Shown here: positions 29,986 through 39,850 of the stretch, one piece after another
Layout: every line of letters begins with the position of its first letter
Numbering within the stretch: position 1 is the first letter of the stretch
NCBI GenBank assembly: GCA_027061995.1
Contig: JAMOUT010000101.1
Coordinates: forward strand, 12,211 to 76,210
Direction: 5' to 3'
Length of the DNA stretch: 64,000 nucleotides
Source: Candidatus Aminicenantes bacterium
GTDB lineage: Bacteria; Acidobacteriota; Aminicenantia; JAMOAD01
The notes under the pieces: model-generated
Seen by the model: only the letters and a program-made list of their open reading frames with translations
Database searches by the model: none
What the model was told of the DNA's origin: nothing
Program-made: the position numbers and the translations under genes

Positions 29986-31731
29986 TCAGGAATTAAATTT
30001 TACATCCCAATTCTTTAATCTGTAATAATCTTTTAAAAGAGAGATATATTCCCCTTTTGTTAAAGAGTTTTTATCGAACGGATTTTTAAAAAATATATCA
30101 GGAAGCATATCATCATCAGGTTGTTTCATCCCCTCCCTGATATTAAATCTCCTCGCCATATCCGTTATATCGGTAGCAATCTCTTTTAATCTGTTTTCAC
30201 TATATTCCATACCCATGGTTATATATAAAATCGTTTTAATCTCATCATAATAAACAATATCTCTGAAAAACCGACAAAGGATAAGAGTATCGTATATAGT
30301 CAGCCTGTTTTCATACTCAATGAGAAGTTTTGCTTTTCCTTTAATTTCCTCGGGAGAAATTATTCCCGCAAGTTCCGGTTTGTAAAAAGTGGTTCTAAGA
30401 TGACATGCACCTCTGTCCGAAACACCGAATGAAAGCCCCATCCCTTTTAATACTCTCGGATCATAACCGGGAGGCTCCAACCCTTTTACATGAATCGCTA
30501 TCTCTTCAAGACCCAATAGTTCGGCAGCTCTTTTAACTCCATGGGATAAAATCTCCCCTACCCCCTTTCTTTTTGCAATCAGATTTAAAAGTTCGATAAT
30601 ACCGTCCACATCCCCATACTCTATTTTAAAATCTATTTTCCCCCTTTTGTTCGCTTCAACTGCAAAAGAGGTTATGTTTGCAGCTGTTATCGTATCTATC
30701 CCCAATTTATCGCAAACATCATTAATATATGAAATCTCCCTTAAATCATCCACAAGATTCAAACCTCCGAAGCCATTTATTGTTTCATATTCAGGACCAT
30801 CAAGAGAAACTCCCTTTCTTCTCCCGTCTTTCACTTTGCTTTTTCTTGTGCATCCTATAAAACAATAACCGCATGATTCAGCTTTAACGGCAAGGGTGTT
30901 TATTAATGCATCACCATTGATTTTATCTGTAAAAGGAACGCTCCCCTTATGCCAATACTCCGTGGGAAAAGCATTAGCGTTCGTAGTGTATCCGACCGTA
31001 ATTGATGTTCCGTATTTTCTATATGCCTTAAAACCCGTAACTTGTTTTCCCCTTTTTAAAAGAGCTCTGTTATATTCTTTCAAAATCTCTTTTGAGAAAA
31101 TCTCTTTTTCACTGTTTCCGTAAAAAACTATTGCTTTCAGATTCTTGGAACCCATGACAGCTCCTATACCCGTTCTCCCGAGACTTCTTCCGAAATCATT
31201 ATTAACATAAGCAAAACTAACAAGATTTTCTCCCGCCACCCCTATTGTTATGGCTGAAGCATTAAATTTATTATATTTCTCTTCAAGTATTTTTTCCGCC
31301 TCAAAAGCATCAAGACCTCTTAAACTTTCATCCTCAATAAATTCAACTTTTTTATCGGTTATTACAAGATATCCGAATTTATCCATTTTCCCGTTTATAA
31401 TAATCGCATCATAACCTGTCCTTGCCAAATTAACAAAAGCTTTCCCCCCCGCATAAGATTCAGCATAAAATCCCGTGAGAGGTGATTTTGTAAAAGCGGC
31501 AAACCGATTTGCACCCCAGATGTTTGTTCCGATAACAGGACCTATTGTAAAGATCAACCTGTTTTCAGGAGACAAAGGATTAACACCCTTAGGATTCTCT
31601 TTTAATAAAAGATATGTCCCCAACCCTTTTCCCCCGATATAGTTTTTATATATCTCTTCATTCGGATATTCCATATAACTCTTTTTCAGACCGAGTTCTA
31701 TTTTTATTATTCTTCCGAAGTTGCCTTTCAT
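29986..31731 (-). CDS. aldehyde:ferredoxin oxidoreductase (tungsten/tungstopterin AOR family)
   Basis: N-terminal AFOR_N signature (FGRIIKIELGLKKSYMEYPNEEIYKNYIGGKGLGTYLL). Conserved Cys residues for the [4Fe-4S] cluster. ~580 aa. Confidence 0.85.
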   Translation of the reverse strand: MKGNFGRIIKIELGLKKSYMEYPNEEIYKNYIGGKGLGTYLLLKENPKGVNPLSPENRLIFTIGPVIGTNIWGANRFAAFTKSPLTGFYAESYAGGKAFVNLARTGYDAIIINGKMDKFGYLVITDKKVEFIEDESLRGLDAFEAEKILEEKYNKFNASAITIGVAGENLVSFAYVNNDFGRSLGRTGIGAVMGSKNLKAIVFYGNSEKEIFSKEILKEYNRALLKRGKQVTGFKAYRKYGTSITVGYTTNANAFPTEYWHKGSVPFTDKINGDALINTLAVKAESCGYCFIGCTRKSKVKDGRRKGVSLDGPEYETINGFGGLNLVDDLREISYINDVCDKLGIDTITAANITSFAVEANKRGKIDFKIEYGDVDGIIELLNLIAKRKGVGEILSHGVKRAAELLGLEEIAIHVKGLEPPGYDPRVLKGMGLSFGVSDRGACHLRTTFYKPELAGIISPEEIKGKAKLLIEYENRLTIYDTLILCRFFRDIVYYDEIKTILYITMGMEYSENRLKEIATDITDMARRFNIREGMKQPDDDMLPDIFFKNPFDKNSLTKGEYISLLKDYYRLKNWDVKFNS

Positions 31732-31740
31732 TTTATCACC

Positions 31741-32580
31741 TCAATATGTTTGATTTATTATTCGTTTCAGTTTTTCTCTATACTTTAAAAAGTGATTGTA
31801 GTTTAAAGTAACACCTTTTAATCCTTTCTCCCTCACCACTTTCACCCGCTCTTTCGAAATAATCTCGGTTAAAATTATTTCATCGTTTTCCACCCTCTGC
31901 AACTCTTCCCCCTCAGGTCCGTAAATTGCGGATTTTCCAACAAGATAATTATTGACCCCGTTAAAACTCGCAACATAAGCATTGTTTAATATTGCATAGG
32001 ATTTGGCTATATTTAATTCCAACTCTCTGTCAGAGGTTGTGGTATAGTGGGGATAAATTAAAAGTTCCGCTCCTTTTAATACCATGGCTCTTGCAATTTC
32101 AGGGAAAAAGATATCATAGCAGATACCAATACCTATTTTAATCTTTCCCTCGAAATCAAAAACAAATATATTCTCGCCATGTTCAATCAATTCAAAAGGT
32201 TCCCATGGAAACATCTTATCATAGTTTCCCATAATTTCACCATTTTTATTAATAACATAAAGTCTATTAAATATTTTTCCTTTTTCTTTTACATACATTG
32301 AACCCGGAATCACCCATATTTGATTATCCTTTGCAATATTTTTTAATTCTTCAATATATTTATTATCCAAAACAATAATATCCTTTTGAGCACCTTGAAT
32401 GGCAAGTTCGGGAAAAATGATGAGTTCGGTTTTATAAAGTTTCGAGCTTCTCAACACAATTTCTTTCATTTTTTTCAAATTTTCTTCATAATTACCCGGC
32501 TTTATTCTCATCTGTGCAAAAGCAATTTTCATTTTGACCCTCCTAATATTTCCTTGAAAACTGTTTTTAAGAAAATCCAC
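31741..32580 (-). CDS. carbon-nitrogen hydrolase family amidase (nitrilase superfamily; N-carbamoylputrescine amidase-like)
   Basis: MKIAFAQMRIKPG...EN start. Catalytic E-K-C triad context (…FPEL…, …GICYD…). The likely true start is the internal Met at ~32532, giving a 4-nt overlap with the upstream gene. Confidence 0.75.
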   Translation of the reverse strand: MDFLKNSFQGNIRRVKMKIAFAQMRIKPGNYEENLKKMKEIVLRSSKLYKTELIIFPELAIQGAQKDIIVLDNKYIEELKNIAKDNQIWVIPGSMYVKEKGKIFNRLYVINKNGEIMGNYDKMFPWEPFELIEHGENIFVFDFEGKIKIGIGICYDIFFPEIARAMVLKGAELLIYPHYTTTSDRELELNIAKSYAILNNAYVASFNGVNNYLVGKSAIYGPEGEELQRVENDEIILTEIISKERVKVVREKGLKGVTLNYNHFLKYREKLKRIINQTY

Positions 32581-33740
32581 CCACTCTTTTTTACCGCTTC
32601 ACCACTTCTCAGAGGAAATTTAGTTTCATCCTTAGAACTTTCTGCTATCATTTCAGGATGAAAACCGAGTAGAACAACTTTTCCTTTTCCATAATTAAAA
32701 TCAAATGCAGCCAACCTGTTTTTGGAATAATACGCAATAGGATTAAACTTCCCTTTTACTTTAAAATAGGGTCCTCCCAGATAATACATATTTTTAACAA
32801 TTCCGTTTTTAAATTTAATTTTTGCTATCCCGGCCATAGGCCAATGAGAAATATCGTCCAAAGGGCCTATCGCAGAATCATAGAATTTGAGTATCCCTTT
32901 GTATTTCACACCTTTCCAAACAATATTTTTCGCTCCGAAATATGCTCCGGCACAGATTCCCAAATAATTTCCCCCGTTTTTTATAAAATCAATAATGTTT
33001 TCAGCTCCTTTTTTACCAATATCCCTTGAGTAATAGCCTGCCCAACCACCCGGAAAATAAATAACCTTTATATTTTTAAATATTTTACCGTTTATTACAT
33101 CTTTTGCACCCATTGTTTTGTAAGATATTTTCGCCCATTCAAAAAATTCCTGAGACGCTTGTAAATTTTTGTAATAAGCCCCCGAGTCAATGTATATCCC
33201 AACATCAACCTTACCCTTTCTATTAACCGGCACTCTAACTTCTGTCAAAAGTTCGTTTTCAGGAGTATTCCGAGGAATGTTTAGATAAACCTCGGAATAA
33301 TTTCCTACGACAGTTAAATTATGCTTATCTATATAATTATTTAAAATACCATAGGCTCTTAAAATATGTTTATAACTACCTTTATAAATTATATAAGCGA
33401 CAAGTTCTGATCTCACCCTTTTAAATTTCACAATATCATCTGAGCACGGGGGATAAACACCCGGAAAATATACGGGAATTCTCGCCTCTGATCTTGAAAA
33501 TTCCTTCGAGGTAAGTGAATTACTAAGATATACAACTTCACCGTAACCATTGATTTTATAACCAAAATCAATCAAATAATTATAAATTATATTGAATTTC
33601 CCACTTAAAAGAGAATAATCTCCCCTATGTTTAATATAGGCTACAAACCTCGTATCAGTAAATTTAACTCTAACTTGTGAAAAAGAGAAAATATGTAAGA
33701 TTAACAATATATTAAAAACAAACAATATTTTTTTATTCAT
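32529..33740 (-). CDS. secreted fusion protein: duplicated GyrI-like small-molecule-binding domain + BPL_N/class-I glutamine-amidotransferase-like domain
   Basis: Signal peptide. Two tandem GyrI-like halves (VRVKF…VAYIKHRGDY / VKFKRV…VAYIIYKGSY). C-terminal FPGGWAGYY…GICAGAYFG motif of the BPL_N/GATase1-like fold. Confidence 0.45.
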   Translation of the reverse strand: MNKKILFVFNILLILHIFSFSQVRVKFTDTRFVAYIKHRGDYSLLSGKFNIIYNYLIDFGYKINGYGEVVYLSNSLTSKEFSRSEARIPVYFPGVYPPCSDDIVKFKRVRSELVAYIIYKGSYKHILRAYGILNNYIDKHNLTVVGNYSEVYLNIPRNTPENELLTEVRVPVNRKGKVDVGIYIDSGAYYKNLQASQEFFEWAKISYKTMGAKDVINGKIFKNIKVIYFPGGWAGYYSRDIGKKGAENIIDFIKNGGNYLGICAGAYFGAKNIVWKGVKYKGILKFYDSAIGPLDDISHWPMAGIAKIKFKNGIVKNMYYLGGPYFKVKGKFNPIAYYSKNRLAAFDFNYGKGKVVLLGFHPEMIAESSKDETKFPLRSGEAVKKSGWIFLKTVFKEILGGSK

Positions 33741-35034
33741 ATTCTTTTTCGACCTCCATGATCAAGCTTACAAGAATATCAAGAGCTTTGTCAAGATATT
33801 TATTACTTATTGTAAGAGGCATAAGAGTTCTTATAACATTACCGTAAACTCCGCAGGATATTAGTAAAAGCCCCTTTTCTCTTGATTTTGAAATTAATTT
33901 TGACACAAATTCCTTGAATGGCTCTTTTGTTCTTTTGTCTTTAACAAATTCAATCCCAATCATAGCCCCTTTTCCTCTTATATCCGCAATATATTTTGAT
34001 TTTGTTTTTATTTCACTTAATCTTTCAATTACCCTTTCTCCTATTAATTTCGCATTATTCCAAAGTTCATTTTTTTCCATGAATTTAATTGCCGAAAGTG
34101 CGGCGACACAGGAAACAGGATTTCCTCCGAATGTCCCACCAAGCCCCCCTTCCTGAATATTTTCCATTAATTCTTTTTTACCTATAACCGCTGAGAGCGG
34201 AAGACCTCCTGCAATAGATTTTCCCAAAGTTATCATATCATAATCAAGTCCTGTTTGTTCCCAGTAAAACATCGTTCCCGTTCTACAAAAACCGCTTTGT
34301 ATCTCATCAACAATAAGTAAGATTCCATATTTTTTCGTGATTTCCCTTAGTTTTTTTAAATATTCAAGTGGTGCCGCGACAAAACCGCCTTCACCTATTA
34401 AGGGTTCTATTATAACAGCCGCAATTGTTTCAGGATCAAAATACTTTATAAAGTGTTCTTCCAGGATTTTTATATAATAATCCGCACACTCCTTTTCACT
34501 TTGAAAATCTTTTTCCCCTCTAAAACAATAAGGATAAGGAACTCTATAAACTTCGGGCAAAAACGGTCCGAAACCTTTTTTATAAGGATTTACCTTTGAT
34601 GTCAAAGAAAGTGTTGATATTGTTCTCCCGTGGAATGCATAATCAAAAGTTAAAATTCCCGATCTTTCGGTATAATGTCTTGCTATTTTCATGGCATTTT
34701 CAACAGCTTCTGCTCCGGAGTTTAATAATATTCCCATTTTATCAAATTGTCCGGGGGTGATTTTCACTAATTTTTCCATCAATTCAATATAAGGGGTATG
34801 CATATATGTATGAAAGCAAGCATGAGTGAATTTATCAACCTGCTCTTTTATCGCTTTTGCAACTTCTTTATTGGCATTCCCAACATTTAGAACTCCTATT
34901 GAGCCTGTAAAATCTATATACTCATTCCCAAGGTTATCATATAATAAAAAATCCTCGGCTCTATCCATAATAATTTTATGCACATTATATACAGCCTTTG
35001 GAATAATTTCATCTCTTTTTTCCTCCGGTTTCAT
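33733..35034 (-). CDS. class-III PLP-dependent aminotransferase (GABA/ornithine/putrescine aminotransferase family)
   Basis: Typical AT-III motifs (…VDEIQSGFCRTG…; PLP-lysine context LGKSIAGG). ~430 aa. Confidence 0.85.
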   Translation of the reverse strand: MKPEEKRDEIIPKAVYNVHKIIMDRAEDFLLYDNLGNEYIDFTGSIGVLNVGNANKEVAKAIKEQVDKFTHACFHTYMHTPYIELMEKLVKITPGQFDKMGILLNSGAEAVENAMKIARHYTERSGILTFDYAFHGRTISTLSLTSKVNPYKKGFGPFLPEVYRVPYPYCFRGEKDFQSEKECADYYIKILEEHFIKYFDPETIAAVIIEPLIGEGGFVAAPLEYLKKLREITKKYGILLIVDEIQSGFCRTGTMFYWEQTGLDYDMITLGKSIAGGLPLSAVIGKKELMENIQEGGLGGTFGGNPVSCVAALSAIKFMEKNELWNNAKLIGERVIERLSEIKTKSKYIADIRGKGAMIGIEFVKDKRTKEPFKEFVSKLISKSREKGLLLISCGVYGNVIRTLMPLTISNKYLDKALDILVSLIMEVEKEYE

Positions 35035-35130
35035 TTAATCCTCCTAAAATATGTTTTATTTAAAAATCCACGATGATATCGCCTTTAGCAGGAGGGGGAT
35101 TTATCCCCGCTTCCTGCTATATGGCTTGCT

Positions 35131-38100
35131 TTAAAATTTAAAATTTAAGGAAAAGTAAACAATTCTTTGTCCGAGAGCTGTTACTTTTTTCTTCCATCCC
35201 GGATGAACATTCAATATTGTTCCGTCAGGATTTATTGTAAGATGTGTTCCATATCTCTGATAAAGAAGCGCACTCCCAAAAAGATTCATTATATCCATTG
35301 AAAAAGTAAATACAGATTTATTCCCGAGTTTAAACTCTTTCAAAAGTTTAATATCCAACTGATTAAAATCAGGGCCTCTATGCGTTCCAATCGGTTCCGC
35401 CAATACTTCGGGTTTATACCATGTAGGCACATTCGGTAAAGAATTATTTACAACTATCACACTTCTTTGAATCGGAAGTCCCGACATATATCTGTAATTA
35501 AAACTGAAGAATATATTAAACGGGATTTTAAAAGTTCCTTGCAATTTCACAAGAAGAGGTCTGTTAAAAGTGGGATCAGAGCCTTGACGATTCACCATAT
35601 AATTGGGATCATCAAAGGCTGTGCTCACGCCATTTGTCTCGTAAAAAGCATTTCCCAAAGTTGCTTCGGCTTTTGAGAGAGTAACAGAGGCGAGCATCTG
35701 CCATCCGTGGGATAAAGCTTTTCTTAATGTAAATTCAAGTCCTTTGTATTTTCTATAAGCTTCTTTTGGATTTGTAACTTTAAATATTGACGGAGCAAGA
35801 CTATTCACAAGAAAATATACTTCATATTTTTTATCATCTGATGTCCCTAAAACACCATCCCAACCGGGGTCCACAACACTCTGTTTTACAAAATCAGAAG
35901 ATTTCTTACCATAATCCGTATCTTCTATTAGATCACCATCATACCTATCAATATAACTGACGGAAAAAGAAAAATCCTTAAAAAGTTGTCTTTCAAAAGT
36001 TATGATAAATTCCTTAGTGTAAGGTGGTTTTAAATTAGGATCTATTCTGTCTTTCGGATGTTTGTAACCGCCCCATGCCCACATAGGTTCATAGTAGTCT
36101 GTCGTATCAAACTTATCATTCCAATTTGAATCATACCAGTAAAAGGCAATGTATGGGTAATACATCGGATTAATATCGGATGCATACTGAATATTCATAT
36201 AGGAGTAATATTTTCCGTAAAAACCTTTTAGTGCTGTTTTACCGTCACCAGTAAGATCAATGCTAATACCAAGCCTCGGAGAAACGGTTTTCCAAGTCAT
36301 ATAATCCTTTACTTCAGGATAACTTCTCGGGGCGAAAAAATCAAGACCATAACCATATGCAGACATCATTGTGCTCATCCAATATGAATTCTTTAAAAAT
36401 GTGTTCCACTCGGGAGAACCGGTTGTTTGTTGAGCTGGTATTCGGGCATTTGAATAATCATATCTCAGACCGAAATTAAAATATACCCTACCATTAAACA
36501 ATGAAAAATCATCCTGGAAATAGGCACTGTATCTGCTGGTTCTGTCTTTTTGAATACTGTTACCGGACTTTGTTCCGATTGATCTTGCATAGAACTTACC
36601 CGCTCCCCACCACCATATTGAAAACAGATGATTACTTCCGTTTTCGGTAAAATATTCGGCAGGTAGTAAATCACCAATATTCCCCGGCATCCAAGTATCC
36701 CAATCATCTTTTGCAAACTCTATTTCGGCTCCGATTTTTATTTTATGATCTGCACCCAATAAATTACTAATGAATTTTGTGAGGGATGCCATGGTTTGAA
36801 ATCTTCCCCTATTATATACCTCATTCATCCAATATCCTTTATAGAATAGACCTTTTGAGATATCATATGCTCTATAGCCTGTCCCATCTCTCATCAGAAG
36901 CGGAAAATATTTATGGATATAGCCTGTCCTAAAATCAAAATTCGTATTTTGATTAATCGCCCAATTTAACTTCAAATAAGCTGTTATATCTTTTTCATGA
37001 TCCCAATTCGGGGCCGCTTCAGGAAGATACTTCCATCCTATATAATAAGGACTACCGTTTACAACAACTCCCTGATGAACATCCCATCTCGGCTCATATG
37101 CATTTATATAGTTGAAAACAGTATCAAGTTTTAGATTTTGAGAAAGATTTGAAGTGAATTTCATAAAGATATTATGCTCTTTATGTGTAACAGCATCTTT
37201 TGATTCAAAGCCGGCCGGAGTATATTTCCATCCGATATATCTATATGATGAAAAAAACCAGAGTTTGTTTTTTACAATCGGTCCGCCTATATTAAGTGCC
37301 ATATCATTATTATAATTTGTCTTCAAAGGGGTATATTCAACTTTTTCTTTCTTATAAATATCCATTCCCGGTTTATCAGACGCAAGAGAATCAAGGGTAA
37401 AATAATAGTTAAGTTCTCCCATCAGATTATTGTTTCCCGACTTAGTAACAACATTAACATAAGAACCGGTTCCCTCTCCCACTTCAGCGGGATGTGCCGC
37501 TGTTTGAAGCTCTACCTCTTCAATGGCATAATAATTGATATTAGTCGAAAGATATCCGTGCCTCGGATCATTCATCATGAAACCGTCAAATGCATACACA
37601 TTATCTCTTATTGATGAGCCATGAGTTGCAAAAGCTCTCGAATATGTAACATTATCGGTAACAACTCCAGCTGCAGAAGCGATGATGTCATATACATCCT
37701 TTTTAAGCGGAATCTCCTCTATGAGTTCTTTTGAATATGTTGTTGATCTTTTTGAACTTGAAGCATCAAGTAGAATAGGTTTCGCTTCCACAACAACATT
37801 TTCGGAAACTTTTAACGGAAGTTTGATTTTTAATGTGTAAGTTTTACCCACATTAATTCTTACATTTTTTACTTCAACAGGGGCAAATCCGGATAATTCC
37901 GTTTTCACATTATAAATTCCGGGAGATAATTCAAGAAAAACAAACTCCCCTTTTTCATTTGAAATATAATGTTTTGTTAAGGTATCTCCATTCACCATAA
38001 CCATTGCTCCCGGAATCGGCTTGCCGTTTTCATCAACAACCTTTCCTTTTAACACTCCTGTCTGCATCTGAGCATAAATTACAGAGGAGAACAAGAATGC

Positions 38101-38142
38101 TAAAATTAAAAGGAAAAGAAGCGATTTTTTTTGTTTTTTCAC
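35131..38142 (-). CDS. large outer-membrane beta-barrel protein, TonB-dependent receptor-like with N-terminal carboxypeptidase-regulatory-like domain
   Basis: Signal peptide. CarbopepD_reg-like Ig fold (GVLKGKVVDENGKPIPGAMVMV). Plug-like region. ~700-aa aromatic-rich barrel ending in terminal F (…LNFKF). Confidence 0.65.
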   Translation of the reverse strand: MKKQKKSLLFLLILAFLFSSVIYAQMQTGVLKGKVVDENGKPIPGAMVMVNGDTLTKHYISNEKGEFVFLELSPGIYNVKTELSGFAPVEVKNVRINVGKTYTLKIKLPLKVSENVVVEAKPILLDASSSKRSTTYSKELIEEIPLKKDVYDIIASAAGVVTDNVTYSRAFATHGSSIRDNVYAFDGFMMNDPRHGYLSTNINYYAIEEVELQTAAHPAEVGEGTGSYVNVVTKSGNNNLMGELNYYFTLDSLASDKPGMDIYKKEKVEYTPLKTNYNNDMALNIGGPIVKNKLWFFSSYRYIGWKYTPAGFESKDAVTHKEHNIFMKFTSNLSQNLKLDTVFNYINAYEPRWDVHQGVVVNGSPYYIGWKYLPEAAPNWDHEKDITAYLKLNWAINQNTNFDFRTGYIHKYFPLLMRDGTGYRAYDISKGLFYKGYWMNEVYNRGRFQTMASLTKFISNLLGADHKIKIGAEIEFAKDDWDTWMPGNIGDLLPAEYFTENGSNHLFSIWWWGAGKFYARSIGTKSGNSIQKDRTSRYSAYFQDDFSLFNGRVYFNFGLRYDYSNARIPAQQTTGSPEWNTFLKNSYWMSTMMSAYGYGLDFFAPRSYPEVKDYMTWKTVSPRLGISIDLTGDGKTALKGFYGKYYSYMNIQYASDINPMYYPYIAFYWYDSNWNDKFDTTDYYEPMWAWGGYKHPKDRIDPNLKPPYTKEFIITFERQLFKDFSFSVSYIDRYDGDLIEDTDYGKKSSDFVKQSVVDPGWDGVLGTSDDKKYEVYFLVNSLAPSIFKVTNPKEAYRKYKGLEFTLRKALSHGWQMLASVTLSKAEATLGNAFYETNGVSTAFDDPNYMVNRQGSDPTFNRPLLVKLQGTFKIPFNIFFSFNYRYMSGLPIQRSVIVVNNSLPNVPTWYKPEVLAEPIGTHRGPDFNQLDIKLLKEFKLGNKSVFTFSMDIMNLFGSALLYQRYGTHLTINPDGTILNVHPGWKKKVTALGQRIVYFSLNFKF

Positions 38143-38143
38143 T

Positions 38144-38383
38144 TTAACCTCCTTTTTTATTGTGTTCTTTCATTATTTTGATAATTTCAATAGTCCCTCC
38201 TATAATAGTAGCAAGCCATATAAGTGGAAGGGAATATATCAAAAGATAGATCATTGCCCCAATCATATTTCCTAAGAAGAATATATAATAAAGCACAAAA
38301 AGGATGAAGATTATTATCCACCCTACTTTTTTTGTTATCTTTAATTCTCCGAAAAACAATCTAATAATTTTCTTTAAACCCAT
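38144..38383 (-). CDS. small two-TM membrane protein associated with the sodium:solute symporter
   Basis: 79 aa with two hydrophobic helices. Overlaps the upstream symporter stop by 10 nt, the usual position of small SSS-associated subunits. Confidence 0.35.
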   Translation of the reverse strand: MGLKKIIRLFFGELKITKKVGWIIIFILFVLYYIFFLGNMIGAMIYLLIYSLPLIWLATIIGGTIEIIKIMKEHNKKGG

Positions 38384-39849
38384 GGTATCTCCTTCCAGAG
38401 AGTCTTATTAACGATTTCATCGGGTTCTTGTTGATCAATATAGCTGATAAAAACCATAAATATTAAAGAAACGAATAGCCCTATATGAACAAAGTGAAAT
38501 CCTCCGACAATAGCATTAGGAGAACCTTTCCTATACCACGCAAATAATGAAAAAACAAAAGAGGATATTAAACCGGAAATAAGAGAATAGTAAGCCCCTC
38601 TGGAAGTTCCTCTTTTCCAAAACCATGCTGCAAAAACAGGAACTAATAATCCAGAAACAGCAAGTCCTTGTCCTATTATCCATAGCGGGATAAGAAAAGG
38701 AACCCATAAAGCCGTCGCTATACCAAATAAGGTTGTTACAATAACAGCTATTCTTGAAATTTTTATATGATCATATTTTTGAGTTATTTTTGTTTTTTTA
38801 AGGAAATCATTATACATCAGTGTAGCACCGTTTAACAGAAAAGAGGAAGCACAGGACAAAACAGTCATGAGAAAAGACACAAGTAAAAACAGACCAATTG
38901 CAGGATGAATTACTTTTGTAATGAAGTAAAGATATATTTGGTCCCCCTGAATTGAGGCGGGGAGTGAAATTATGTTAGCTTTTGCAGCGGACTCTATCAG
39001 CATCCCCCCTATAAAAGATATGGCTCCCCATGGAGATGATAAGGATACCGCAACCATTGCATCAAAAGATGTTTGTGCACTTTTTGCCATATATGCCCAT
39101 TGATAAAGCCAAGGATCAACAAGATAAAATAATCCCATTGTTATAATCCAGACAGTAAAAATAGAGAAATCAGTATTATAAGCATTTAGTTTTTCAGGGG
39201 ATAAAAATTTGTGTAAATTTGAAAAAGACGCACTTATTCCACCATTGTAAAATATTGTAGCTCCAAAAAATATTAATAAACCGGCACCTTGAAGTATTGA
39301 CTGAATCCATTGTGCTGTTATGGCTGAATATTGTCCCCCTGTTACAGTATATACCAAGATCAAAACAGCACTAATTATAATTCCGTATTTCATATTTAAT
39401 CCGAAAGCCACCTTAAAAACGATTCCGAGAGCCACAAATTGAAGACCGGCGATAAACACTGGCCTTAGATAACTAATGAAAGAGGACAGTATTCTTATTT
39501 TCTCCCCGTATCTGGTTGCAAGAAAATCAGGTAAAGTATAAGCTTCATTAATTCTACCGAAAACATTAAGTTTTTTTGCAAAAGCAAAAGCAAAAATAGG
39601 TAATGTTAATCCTGACACCGCAATGAGCCACATAGAGGAGTAGCCGTCATTATATCCGTATCCTACAAATCCGGCGGTAGATGCCCCCCCTATTGCCGCT
39701 CCCGTATAAGCTCCGAAAAAAAGCCAAAATCCTATATTCCTTCCCATCAACAAAAACTCTTTTGGTTTTGAAACTTTAGAAAATTTAACCCCAATAAACA
39801 AAAATAGAAAAAAGAGAATAATTAAGGCTGTTATTGAAACAACACTCAT
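38374..39849 (-). CDS. sodium:solute symporter family (SSF) transporter
   Basis: ~13 TM segments. SSF-type glycine-rich segments (GGASTAGFVGYG, GGQYSAI). Confidence 0.8.
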   Translation of the reverse strand: MSVVSITALIILFFLFLFIGVKFSKVSKPKEFLLMGRNIGFWLFFGAYTGAAIGGASTAGFVGYGYNDGYSSMWLIAVSGLTLPIFAFAFAKKLNVFGRINEAYTLPDFLATRYGEKIRILSSFISYLRPVFIAGLQFVALGIVFKVAFGLNMKYGIIISAVLILVYTVTGGQYSAITAQWIQSILQGAGLLIFFGATIFYNGGISASFSNLHKFLSPEKLNAYNTDFSIFTVWIITMGLFYLVDPWLYQWAYMAKSAQTSFDAMVAVSLSSPWGAISFIGGMLIESAAKANIISLPASIQGDQIYLYFITKVIHPAIGLFLLVSFLMTVLSCASSFLLNGATLMYNDFLKKTKITQKYDHIKISRIAVIVTTLFGIATALWVPFLIPLWIIGQGLAVSGLLVPVFAAWFWKRGTSRGAYYSLISGLISSFVFSLFAWYRKGSPNAIVGGFHFVHIGLFVSLIFMVFISYIDQQEPDEIVNKTLWKEIPWV

Positions 39850-39850
39850 G

